Assembly (NCBI GenBank): GCA_030141605.1
Contig: JAQGDQ010000319.1
Coordinates: 186,001-250,000, forward strand
Direction: 5' to 3'
Origin: Tubiluchus corallicola
Lineage: Eukaryota; Animalia; Priapulida
DNA length: 64,000 bases
Below, piece after piece: positions 53,201 to 64,000 of this stretch. The translations under genes and the position numbers were made by a program. The stretch's first letter is position 1. Each line of letters starts with the position of its first letter. The notes under the pieces are model-generated. The model did not search any database, was not told the DNA's origin, and saw only the letters and a list, made by a program, of their open reading frames with translations.

Positions 53201-54358
53201 AGAAGACTTCTCGTCAGATGAGTTTGGCAATAACGAGGCTTCTCTTTTTGAGGAAGATGCATTTTTGTCTGACTGTTCTTGCTGGATTCGAAACACTACG
53301 TGGTTTTCAAATTGCGACAGATCAGGCACCACGGATATGGAAACGGTTTGATGAAAGAAAGCATCCGCCACGTATTTAACCATTCCCGTAACGATGGGAT
53401 GTAGTCCTTTTCTGGAACTAAAATAATGAAGAAGAAGAGATCCGTCTTGATCTTCATCACACCTGGAGAAATGAAAAAGAGAAAGCCCTTAATAATTAAT
53501 TTACTTTAGTGCAAAGTGATTAAGAAAATGTTATCAATGCTGCTGCCATTGTCATTGCCATGACCGACATCAACACCACCTCCTCCACCACTGTCAATGT
53601 CAACGCCAACACCACTATCACTACTACTACTACGCCTCTGCCGCTGACACCACCACTGTGACCGCCAGCCGCTGGCACCACTGCCACCACTGCCACTCTC
53701 GCCACTAGAACCACCAGCATTAACATGAACATAACTGACACAAATACTCCCGCAACCATAATCATCAACATCACCCTCAAGTACACAACCGCCAACACAC
53801 CATCATAACCATCGCCAGCGCCATGGTCGACCATCACCATCATCAGCACCAACACCACAACCACCAACACGATCATCACCAACACGGCCACCGCCACCAC
53901 CAGAGATTGTGAACAAAAAATTTTATTTGCCGTATCTAACTTATACCCCAACAAAGTGACGCAAAAGGTTAGATAAAAATGCGTGGAGTTTGTGCAGATC
54001 AAAATTAAGCGCGCAAAGTTGTGGTTTATGGTACGGTTTGTGAAATGACAAAAGTAAATAGTGTGTCAAGAAGAAAGTGTTTAACCTGAATGATGGAGCA
54101 CGCATCATTGAATACTGACTCTCCAAATGATCGTGTAGGGCGTCTAAATTGTTAAGGAAGTCCTTCAGATTTCCACTAAGAACTCGCAGTATTCGATCAT
54201 AACCCATCTCTATGCAGTAGGGAACAAAGTGTTTCCCGAACGCTTCCAGAGTTACTTCTAATGGGATGTCTGGAAGACGAATTTAAGTTTGTTCACAATA
54301 ATACAACAAGTAGCAACCGTTTTATAGTTTTGATTTTCATATTACTATACTGCTGTTG

Positions 54359-54443
<85 letters not shown>

Positions 54444-55084
54444 CACTACTACTACTACTACTACTATTAGAATGTTTTTATAACATTCACAGGGACCAAA
54501 TACGATGATATCAAATACGGCCATTTTGATTTTGATAATTACCGTGGCTTATTAGAACAAGCTCTTGTGCTTACCTGGCTAGGTACAAAGCAACCACTTG
54601 GCTATTTATTGTGCGCTCGGTGGATATAAAAAAAATCTGAATTTCACTCACCTGTTACTTCAGCTGTTGCCACAACAAACTGCATTGTTACTGAGTCGTC
54701 ATACTTTCTGTGTAAAAGAAACGTCCCACCTTGCAATTCTATGCCACATTTTTTCCTAGAACAAGATCAAGCAAACTACTTCTGTAAAAAAATAACTAAA
54801 AAGACTGGCATCTTGTACAAAAGTGCTGACCAGTGGTCACAAAAGTGGCTTACACATTTTACTGTCTCCTGTGAAGTCCTGACTAACGACTTTGCCCTGC
54901 TCTGTCTATAATGGTGTTTCAAAGCACATTCTCAGGTAATGATACCAAAAAATTATATTTAATATGTAAACATTTAACATATCATATTCAGTTTAGTTAT
55001 TATAACTTACAAAATTAAATTCAGAGCTTCTTCTCCGAAGTTTTTCCCCACCATGGATGCTAGACAGCCGTGTATGAATCCATA
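48475..55084 (-). CDS. soluble guanylyl cyclase subunit (H-NOX, PAS/HNOBA, coiled coil, cyclase, CaaX), ~783 aa; ATG exon lies upstream, not located
   Basis: Exons 55084-55011, 54755-54652, 54269-54086, 53462-52361, 51779-51633, 50427-50273, 49596-49383, 48843-48475, all GT-AG and phase-consistent. Motifs [97 protein letters not shown]; ends CMIL*. Confidence 0.92.
50068..50270. repeat. (AAT)n/(GAT)n microsatellite abutting an sGC donor site
   Basis: Direct observation. Confidence 0.95.
50550..51098 (+). mobile_element. dispersed ~550-bp repeat with a Kolobok-like TTAA|AGG start, copy 1
   Basis: High similarity to 62926-63467; both begin TTAAAGGAAAA. Confidence 0.75.
51352..51638. repeat. 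22-bp minisatellite, ~13 copies, overlapping an sGC splice donor
   Basis: Unit GTATGAGTGATCGTACTTGAAT; on the minus strand nearly every copy contains ATTCAA|GTACGA. Confidence 0.92.
54359..54467. repeat. (CTA)n microsatellite
   Basis: Direct observation. Confidence 0.95.
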
Positions 55085-55094
55085 CTGCAAAAAC

Positions 55095-55297
<203 letters not shown>

Positions 55298-55732
55298 ATT
55301 AAACTATCTGATTAATACTTGTGATTAAACTATCTGATGCAGTTCTATTGTAAATTAATTATGTAAACGGTGTAACAAAGAAAATCCTACAAGTCCTATG
55401 CTAGGGGAGCATTCAATATTTGTTTTTATTTTGTCTTATTTGTTTAGCAATAGTGACCTAATTATTATAATAGATAAAAAAGTGTTTGCCATGATAAAGT
55501 TGACACTATTCCATCATAATCTGCTACAAACATTGAAATCCTGGTCGCAGGGACGTGCCGTAGTGTCTCTGTATATACCGCTAAATTAAACGCACACGCG
55601 ATGTTGCGTGTTTGCTCATATTGCGCAATGTGAATGATCTTTGGTATTGTTCGCGCCTGTTTGTTACACTGACACATTAGTTCCAAAATTGTTTTTGTTG
55701 TTTGCGATAATTGTCATTGTTTTTATTATTAC

Positions 55733-55982
55733 TATTGTTATTGTTATTGTTATTGTTATTGTTATTGTTATTGTTATTGTTATTGTTATTGTTATTGTTA
55801 TTGTTATTGTTATTGTTATTGTTATTGTTATTGTTATTGTTATTGTTATTGTTATTGTTATTGTTATTGTTATTGTTATTGTTATTGTTATTGTTATTGT
55901 TATTGTTATTGTTATTGTTATTGTTATTGTTATTGTTATTGTTATTGTTATTGTTATTGTTATTGTTATTGATATTGATATT
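55733..55982. repeat. (ATTGTT)n microsatellite
   Basis: Direct observation. Confidence 0.95.
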
Positions 55983-56472
55983 GTTGTTGTTGTCGTCGTC
56001 GTTGCCATTGTCGTTGTCGTTGTCATCGTCGTAGTAGTACGAATGCTCTGATTATTTTTTCAAACTTTTCAAAATGTTATCTAAACTTGTTTCAAATGAC
56101 TTATCGTCAAAATGGCTGCGTCTAACGGTCATCGCGGGAGTTTATACATGTTTTATACAGCGTTACCGCAAATTGAACCCCTGTATGTAAGTGGTGTAAA
56201 ATTTCAAGACGATTTTTAAGCTTTATGAATGGTTTTCTTGTGCTTTAAATAAATTGCCACATCTGAAAACAGATAGGCGCAATCGATATTTCGTTTAAAG
56301 GGAAAAGATTCTAAACAAGTGAAGTTAATTTCTATATACAGGCGTAAATTGTCCTGCAGGCTTTCCTCACTTAATGATATAGATTTTTAGTTTTATAAGT
56401 CTGTGTATTAATCTGCACGTATTGACGGGTAGCAGACCGAGTGCTGAACTTATGCTGAACAAATACGAAATA

Positions 56473-56522
<50 letters not shown>

Positions 56523-57345
56523 AAGTCTTTGTTAGCCTCTTTTTGCATTCAAAAATATCTGTACTAACATCATATAATTTTACATAAACACTATACAGAG
56601 TGAATTCTCCAATATTACATTTACGGATTGTGTAATTAGCTTTTCTAATTTGTGCGTATAACATTTCTTACAGTGATATTAAACAAGAAGTATTGAAGTG
56701 AGTGCTAAAATCAAGGTTATTAATGCAGCAAGTTTCCTGTGAAGTAACATTAAAAGACAGATAAATTGATATACCAAATTATTAAATTCCAATTCAATGT
56801 TTAAATCCACAAGAGTTACAATCAGTAATCTCAAGAACTACACAAATTTAATCCCTATTTTACTAAAAATTACAGCAGGATTTTGAAATAAAAGGGTCCT
56901 TTTCAAAGTAGGTTAGTGCCGATATTAAATTTTCATTTTTGGTGAAATACACAAGATTTAAATTCTCATTTCCCAGTTCGTTTACTAGTACATTTCGCAT
57001 ATTTGCGTCGACTCGAGGACATCGGTATATCAAGTGTTCTTGATTCTGGGCTTCAATATGGAAAACAAGCGTAAACTAGAAGCAAACGAAAAACAGCAAA
57101 GAAGAAGAGAGAAGAATAGAACTATGGCTGTTACAGCAGTATCGAATTGACGCAAAATTTTGGCAGACAAAACAGAGACACCAAAATGCAAGCGTAAAAG
57201 GGTTGGCTAATGATCAGAAAATGACCTCCCGGGGTCACTTTTGGCTTTGAACGCGTTAGATGATGTCATGGCTTAGTGCGCCACTGTAATATCCAAAGTC
57301 GTATTAACCAATAGGCTAACTAGGCTATACCCCTGCGCCAGAGTC

Positions 57346-57806
57346 TGTTTATTATAGTGGTTATAGCTGTATGCTGGTTATTGTTGTTTATTGGATTGGT
57401 GGCTGTGGCTCGTGAAGATTGGGTGTGGAACAGCCACAATGGGCATGGCAAACTATCAAGACTTTGTTTAACAAACTACACATTTATTAAATATCAAACA
57501 CAACACGGTAAATATAAAAGGATAGTAATGCCAAGCCCTCCGTCTCCAAGTCAGTCCTCATCTCTCCCGAGGTGCGGGCCTTAAACCACTTTTGTCTAAC
57601 TACCTAATGCGCCATGAGCTTCTGCGCATAAGGATTACATCATCAATCTTTACTTCTGAGTCAGCCGGTCGAACATCAGCTGGTCACGTGATCCTAACTA
57701 GGCTTCTAGCCACGACGATAGTTTAATCTTGCATCGTCAAGCATTTAATCTTTAACTATTAATTTAATAATTTAATCACCAATTTAAATAAAATCACTAT
57801 TTAACA
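57346..57806 (-). mobile_element. LTR-like dispersed repeat, copy 1 (copy 2 at ~62132-62560)
   Basis: ~400-bp homology; both copies begin TGTTTAT on + and carry AATAAA on the minus strand; no clear TSD. Confidence 0.6.
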
Positions 57807-57822
57807 CAGCTTTCCTTTACTC

Positions 57823-58045
57823 CAGTGGTTCCCAAACTTTCTCGGACCGTTACCCAAATCGGGAAACCCGGTCGTGTCCATTACCCCCCAGCTAGTACTA
57901 CTTCTCCAACTCAAAAAGAAAACTACGTAAAATGCATTCCGAGCGAAGTTTTAAAAATTTTCAGAGGGGTGCAAGTTACCCCCCCCCCCCCAAAAAAAAC
58001 ATATTACCCCCGGGGGGTAATTTATCCCTACTTTGGGAACCACTG
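57823..58045 (+). mobile_element. hAT (Charlie-like) MITE, copy 2, internally deleted relative to copy 1
   Basis: TIRs CAGTGGTTCCCAAA ... TTTGGGAACCACTG; perfect 8-bp TSD CTTTACTC. Confidence 0.9.
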
Positions 58046-58460
58046 CTTTACTCCTACTGTTTTACCGTACCTTGAACATTATTGTGTGGCTAATTGTATG
58101 GTAAAAGCTAAATGTAAGTTTCAACGCACGGTGTTTCATTTTCGGCAGCAAAAATTCTGCTGAAAAAAGGAACGCTCTTGAAGTCTAGTAACTCTCGGAA
58201 GGAAAGTATGGCCAAGTGGGCACGGTGTGCTTCACGACTGAAATTAAGAAATTAACTGGCTTCGGTTCAATACTTGTTCTGGGAGGTTTCGTTTGAGATG
58301 CTGATTTCGACTGTTTACCTCGTAGGGGGAAGATGTATTCACATACAAACGTGATGAAGACACTCCTGCCAGTTCAGTGACTCAGAGGACTAACTTTGAT
58401 AACATGTATCTCTCCGCCGGCAATTAAAACACGCAAATTTTCATTAAAACACAAGCAAAA

Positions 58461-58830
58461 CAGTGCAGTGCAGTGCAGTTGAGTGCAGCGCAGCACAGCA
58501 CAGCACAACACAGTACAGCACCGCACAGCACAGCACAGCACAGCACAATACAATACAATACAATACAATACAATACAATGCAATACAATACAATACAATA
58601 AAATACAACACAGTACAGCACCGCACAGCACAATACAACACAGTACAGCACCGCACAGCACAATACAATACAGTACGGTACGGTACGGTACAAGACAAGA
58701 CAAGACAAGACAAGACAAGACAAGACAAGACAAGACAAGACAAGACAAGACAAGACAAGACAAGACAAGACAATACAATACAATACAATACAATACAATA
58801 CAATACAATAAAATACAATAAAATACAACA
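58461..58830. repeat. compound pentanucleotide microsatellite (CAGTG/CAGCA/CAATA/CGGTA/CAAGA)
   Basis: Direct observation. Confidence 0.95.
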
Positions 58831-58904
58831 CAGTAGTGACACAGTTTTTCCTACAATATAATACAGTAGTGACTCAGTTTTTCAACAAAATTTTATGAAA
58901 ATTT

Positions 58905-59148
58905 TCTTGGCAAGTAACTCGCAAACGCTTGTTACTAGAATACTAGACTAGAGTACTAAACTTGCTTTGAGTTACTCTTCGACAGTAAGTGCGAGCGACA
59001 TTCACTTCTCTGTTTAGTACGGAAAAGTGTCGAGAGTAACTCGCCGAGGCGTTCACACTAGACAGTAACTTGCCGAGGCGTTCACACTAGACAGTAACTC
59101 GCCGAGGTGTTCACACTGAAAAGTAAGTCGCTAAAACTGAACGCGCCA
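58905..59148 (+). mobile_element. right part of the Harbinger-like element family seen at 46881
   Basis: Same 29-bp repeats; terminus CTGAACGCGCCA|TTA is the inverted counterpart of GGGCGCGTTCAG. Confidence 0.6.
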
Positions 59149-59534
59149 TTATTTGACATTGCATTATTTTACCCTAATGCACCTAGTATTCATTATTTAA
59201 AGTTCTGCCTGGCTCTTTGTCACGACACACGTGCTGCACGCACACGCAGACTTGCGCGCACACGCAGACCTGCACGCACACACAGACTTGCACGCACACG
59301 CAGACTTGCAGGCAATGATGATTCATTGACAAATTAATTAATATAACCATCGACACCTGATTCTTAACATGGGAAGAGTTCAGAAATAATTACTCCATCG
59401 CTTCCCAAGAATGCAAGGTATGGGGCAGGTAATGTCAGGGGTGAGAAAGCTATTAAAATACTTGTTAACATGAAAAATCTTCATAAATGAGTTGTCCATA
59501 AGTGATATTATGAATTCTGATAATAATGGCTTAA

Positions 59535-60187
59535 AGGACAAGAAAAGGGGTACTTGAAGTAGGTTTCAGAAAAATCGCTTTAAAAAAATTATATTACTTT
59601 ACAGCAATTTTATGCACATATCGCATAAGGAATTTTCGTTTATTTTCGTTTTAAATCTCCCGCAATACTGTTCCGATGGCGCCATTACATGACGTCACTA
59701 CGCCACGTAAATCAGGGGAAGAAAAGGCAATGTTAAATTATGACCCAAAAAACTTTCCGTGCAAATCTATATTACTTAGCATTTCACTTATCTGTTGGAA
59801 AGACTTATGTAACTAGACTAATAATTTAAAATGTTTGTGCCAATTGGTAAAATGTCGCTGACTCACCCTCCAAGGTGCGCCACTCACTAGCCAAAAACGT
59901 ATTTTTAATCTTATTAACAAGATATAGTAATTTAAAATTTTGCTTAATTAGCAACATGTGTGCTATGAATGCTCTGATTATTTTTTCAAACTTTACTCAA
60001 TGTTATCAAAACTTGTTTCAAACCACCTACTGTCAAAATGGCTGCGCTTAACGGTGTTTAAATTTACACGTTTTATATAGCGTTACGGCCGATGCAAGCC
60101 CTGCATGCAAAAAGGTAGTATGTAAGTGGTATGAAATCTCAAGACGAATTTTTTAAGCTTTATGTAAGTGGAGGTTTTTCTTGTGCT
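59535..60187 (+). mobile_element. Kolobok-like MITE; 3' fragment also at ~56041-56249
   Basis: TTAA|AGGACAAGAAAA ... TTTTCTTGTGCT|TTAA; 5' part resembles the 43859 element. Confidence 0.7.
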
Positions 60188-60294
60188 TTAAAAGGGTCTT
60201 TAAAGAAACTGCTATGATACAAGGCCAAATAAAAAGTGTAAAAAATTCCACATTTTGAAGAGAGCGGGATGTCACTAATGAAGGTTGGTGCATC

Positions 60295-61911
60295 AGTGAG
60301 TGAGCGACTGGTGAGTGAGTGAGCATCTGATGAGTGAGTGAGCATTTGATGAGTGAGTGAGCGAGTGGTGAGTGAGTGAGCGAGTGGTGAGTGAGTGAGC
60401 GACTGGTGAGTGAGTGAGCGACTGGTGAGTGAGTGAGCGAGTGGTGAGTGAGTGAGCGAGTGGTGAGTGAGTGAGCGAGTGGTGAGTGAGTGAGCGAGTG
60501 GTGAGTGAGTGAGCGAGTGGTGAGTGAGTGAGCGACTGGTGAGTGAGTGAGCATCTGATGAGTGAGTGAGCGAGTGGTGAGTGAGTGAGCGACTGGTGAG
60601 TGAGTGAGCGACTGGTGAGTGAGCGAGTGACTGGTGAGTGAGTGAGCGACTGGTGAGTGAGTGAGCGAGTGGTGAGTGAGTGAGCAACTGGTGAGTGAGT
60701 GAGCGTCTGATGAGTGAGTGAGCGAGTGGTGAGTGTGTGAGCGAGTGGTGAGTGAGTGAGCGAGTGGTGAGTGAGTGAGCGACTGGTGAGTGAGTGAGCA
60801 TCTGATGAGTGAGTGAGCGAGTGGTGAGTGAGTGAGCGACTGGTGAGTGAGTGAGCGACTGGTGAGTGAGTGAGCGACTGGCGAGTGAGTGAGCATCTGG
60901 TGAGTGAGTGAGCAACTAGTGAGTGAGTGAGTGACTGGTGAGTGAGTGAGCGACTGGTGAGTGAGTGAGCGACTGGTGGGTGAGTGAGCCACTAGTGAGT
61001 GAGTAAGCGTCTGATGAGTGAGTGAGCGAGTGGTGAGTGAGTGAGCGAGTGGTGAGTGAGTGAGCGAGTGGTGAGTGAGTAAGCGACTGGTGAGTGAGTG
61101 AGCGACTGGTGAGTGAGTGAGCGACTGGTGAGTGAGTGAGCGTCTGATGAGTGAGTGAGCGAGTGGTGAGTGAGTGAGCGAGTGGTGAGTGAGTGAGCGA
61201 GTGGTGAGTGAGTGAGCGACTGGTGAGTGAGTGAGCGTCTGATGAGTGAGTGAGCGAGTGGTGAGTGAGTGAGCGACTGGTGAGTGAGTGAGCGACTGGT
61301 GAGTGAGTGAGCGACTGGTGAGTGAGTGAGCGTCTGGTGAGTGAGTGAGCAACTGGTGAGTGAGTGAGCAACTGGTGAGTGAGTGAGCGACTGGTGAGTG
61401 AGTGAGCGACTGGTGAGTGAGTGAGCGACTGGTGGGTGAGTGAGCCACTGATGAGTGAGTGAGCGTCTGATGAGTGAGTGAGCGAGTGGTGAGTGAGTGA
61501 GCGAGTGGTGAGTGAGTGAGCGAGTGGTGAGTGAGTAAGCGACTGGTGAGTGAGTGAGCGACTGGTGAGTGAGTGAGCAACTGGTGAGTGAGTGAGTGAC
61601 TGGTGAGTGAGTGAGCGACTGGTGAGTGAGTGAGCGACTGGTGGGTGAGTGAGCCACTGGTGAGTGAGTGAGCGTCTGATGAGTGAGTGAGCGAGTGGTG
61701 AGTGAGTGAGCGAGTGGTGAGTGAGTAAGCGACTGGTGAGTGAGTGAGCGACTGGTGAGTGAGTGAGCGACTGGTGAGTGAGTGAGCAACTGGTTAGTGA
61801 GTGAGCGAGTGGTGAGTGAGTAAGCGACTGGTGAGTGAGTGAGTGACTGGTGAGTGAGTGAGCCACTGGTGAGTGAGTGAGCGTCTGATGAGTGAGTGAG
61901 CGACTGGTGAG
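60295..61911. repeat. 19-bp minisatellite derived from (GAGT)n, ~85 copies
   Basis: Unit GAGTGAGTGAGCGACTGGT; source of the long HSLT-repeat ORFs. Confidence 0.95.
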
Positions 61912-62131
61912 CAAGATAGGTGCAACATGAAAAGTTGTTTTTTTCTGAAATTGTTTACACTGCTTCGCATAGGTGTTTGGAAAATTCGCAGTCACTCTTT
62001 ATTGTTCCCATAAACGATGATATCAGGAATTAACGTTTCGTTTGTATGACGGGTTTCATTTGTGTCTCCTCTTCCCACAGGCCGTCACACGTTTGCGTAA
62101 ATTAATATCTGTTTCTGATGAAATAATGTCC

Positions 62132-62560
62132 TGTTTATGATAGTGGTTATAGCTGCTTGCTTGTTATTGCTGTTTATTGTGTTGGTGGCTGTGGCTCATG
62201 AAGATTGCGTGTGGAACAGCCACGATGGGCATGACAAACTATCAGGACCTTGTTTAGCAAACTACACATTTATTAAAGATCAAGCACAAACATGGTATAC
62301 ATAAGAGGATAGTAATGCCAGCCCTCCGTCTTCAAGTCAGTTCCTAATCTGCCCGAGGTGCGGGCCTCGAATTCTCTTTGTCTAACTAGCTAATGCGCCC
62401 TGAGCTTCTGCTGCAATAACTATTACATCATCAATCTTAACTTCTGACTCAGCCGGTCGAACATCAGCTGATTATCACGTGATATGCCACACTTAACCAG
62501 GCTTCTAGACAAGACGATAATTTAATCTTGCACCGTCAAGGATTTATTCCTTAATTTAAT
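62132..62560 (-). mobile_element. LTR-like dispersed repeat, copy 2
   Basis: Homologous to 57346-57760. Confidence 0.6.
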
Positions 62561-62925
62561 TAATAGTTTGGGCTGTTTGCCATTTCTAAAGACTTGCTAT
62601 TCGTTACACAACCTTCCATATTTATAATCATTAATAACATCTACTAACCTGCAATTATATTCCCACAGAATGTGTATTTTTGAAGTTTAATTTTATCCTG
62701 GCTTTAGAAGCCGTGGATCGATAATGCCAGATGTTTTGTGTTAAAAACTTTGTGTGGATCACCATAGCTAAGCCTTATTGTCAAATACTCAAAAATAGGT
62801 AACTCACTCACTCACTCACTCACTCACTCAACTCACTCACTCACTCACTCACTCACTCACTCGGATTCTATAATGTAGTGAGAAGTCCTTTCCCAACCAC
62901 ATGACGTAAGTAAGACGTCATTGAT

Positions 62926-63467
62926 TTAAAGGAAAATGAGACGATTGTGTAAACATTAGTTCAGAATAAAGAATACTCTAAAATATTGAAAACTACAATA
63001 GCTTTTATTAAATCAAAGCTTAGATTAAATAATAATTACCTCGGATACTCAAATTTCGTTTTAAACTTTCAAAGCTACGCGCGGCTCAGTGAATCTACTA
63101 AGATTGGCAATGGCGCCTTTTTGTCACGTGCGCGTGGCCGACAAATAGAAGGTGGTACCGTGATAACCATGATCATGAACTGCAGTCTTAGTTTCTGACG
63201 TCATATGACGTGGAGCCCATTTTCGTGACATCATGCGTTTAAGCATTACTGTAACACGTATGCAAATGTGCTTGACGCGCAAGGGAAGACGCCTGCCATT
63301 GCACAAACTGTGGTTAGTTCCCTGACGTAAGCAACAGCTGTGTTCGGTTGCCGTTAATTAACTTTCTAAACTAATTATTCAAATATAAGAAACAATTGCT
63401 AACTTTTATGGGCAAGAAAATGTATATCTTTGACAGTAAATTAAAATGAGATTGAGTCTAAACAATC
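62926..63467 (+). mobile_element. dispersed ~550-bp repeat, copy 2
   Basis: Homologous to 50550-51098. Confidence 0.75.
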
Positions 63468-64000
63468 GTCAGCTTTTTCTTGAAGAGTCAGTCACACACC
63501 CAATCCGGTGGTGGCTTCAGAGGCTGCAGAACTCATCATCCTTGTTGTCAGGCTTGTATATATGCTACGCCTGTTATATTTTATTAATAAACCGCATTGT
63601 TATTACTTACATCAACGTCAGGGTTACTTCAATCACTGACATCAACATCACTGCAATCGTGAAGTAATTAGTTTCGGTGCCCGCATTAAACACTGGGTAG
63701 AAATGAACGGTGTTAAATCCTTGCCAATTAATTACTGTCACTATCCAATTCATTAGGGCGTGCAGACACAGCTGACGGAAATATTAGGAAGAGACTTCTG
63801 TTCTTCTCTTCCGATACGTCAAATTTTAATGTGACAGGTGGATGGTCAGCTTATTTAGAAGAAAACAATCTGATTAGAATTTCATCAAATTGGGCGTGAA
63901 ATATACTAATCTGATATCGTGTATTAAATATTTGGCCAAATATTCTTGAAAACGACGTATTCAAAAAGAAAATGTCAATATTTAAGCAGCTCTCTAGCAA

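Noticed and set aside
53520-54002. Hydrophobic 160-aa ORF resembling a membrane protein
   Set aside because: Degenerate (CAC/CAT)n trinucleotide tract inside an sGC intron.
58200-58375. tRNA gene
   Set aside because: Only degenerate A/B-box-like motifs and no cloverleaf; at most an old tRNA-SINE.
60153-61995. Long His/Ser/Thr-rich ORFs up to 475 aa
   Set aside because: Produced in several frames by a 19-bp minisatellite.
62755-62770. ATG|GTGATC as the missing sGC first exon
   Set aside because: Weak donor with no supporting evidence; cannot be distinguished from chance.

Overview
AT-rich, intron-containing animal (probably invertebrate) genomic DNA; not prokaryotic, and no CRISPR array or operon. 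Most track ORFs are microsatellite or satellite artefacts. Gene models assembled by hand from GT-AG splice sites: one 5' coding exon of a GABA transaminase (ABAT-like, minus); a complete 6-exon 15-hydroxyprostaglandin dehydrogenase-like SDR (minus, 253 aa); an isolated phase-1/1 Ig-like exon (plus); a complete 6-exon secreted beta-lactamase/PBP-like serine hydrolase (minus, 585 aa); a small secreted single-EGF protein (plus); and a soluble guanylyl cyclase (minus, ~783 aa, ATG exon not located). The cyclase is the most unusual feature: an intact beta-type haem-binding H-NOX domain is joined to an alpha-type catalytic domain and a C-terminal CaaX motif. Non-coding DNA holds two copies of a 5S rRNA-headed SINE, several MITEs with target-site duplications (hAT-, Kolobok-, piggyBac-, Harbinger-like), solo LTRs and many satellites. 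One satellite arose inside a MITE and one reiterates a splice donor. Family assignments come from motif recognition and recall; no database searches were run.
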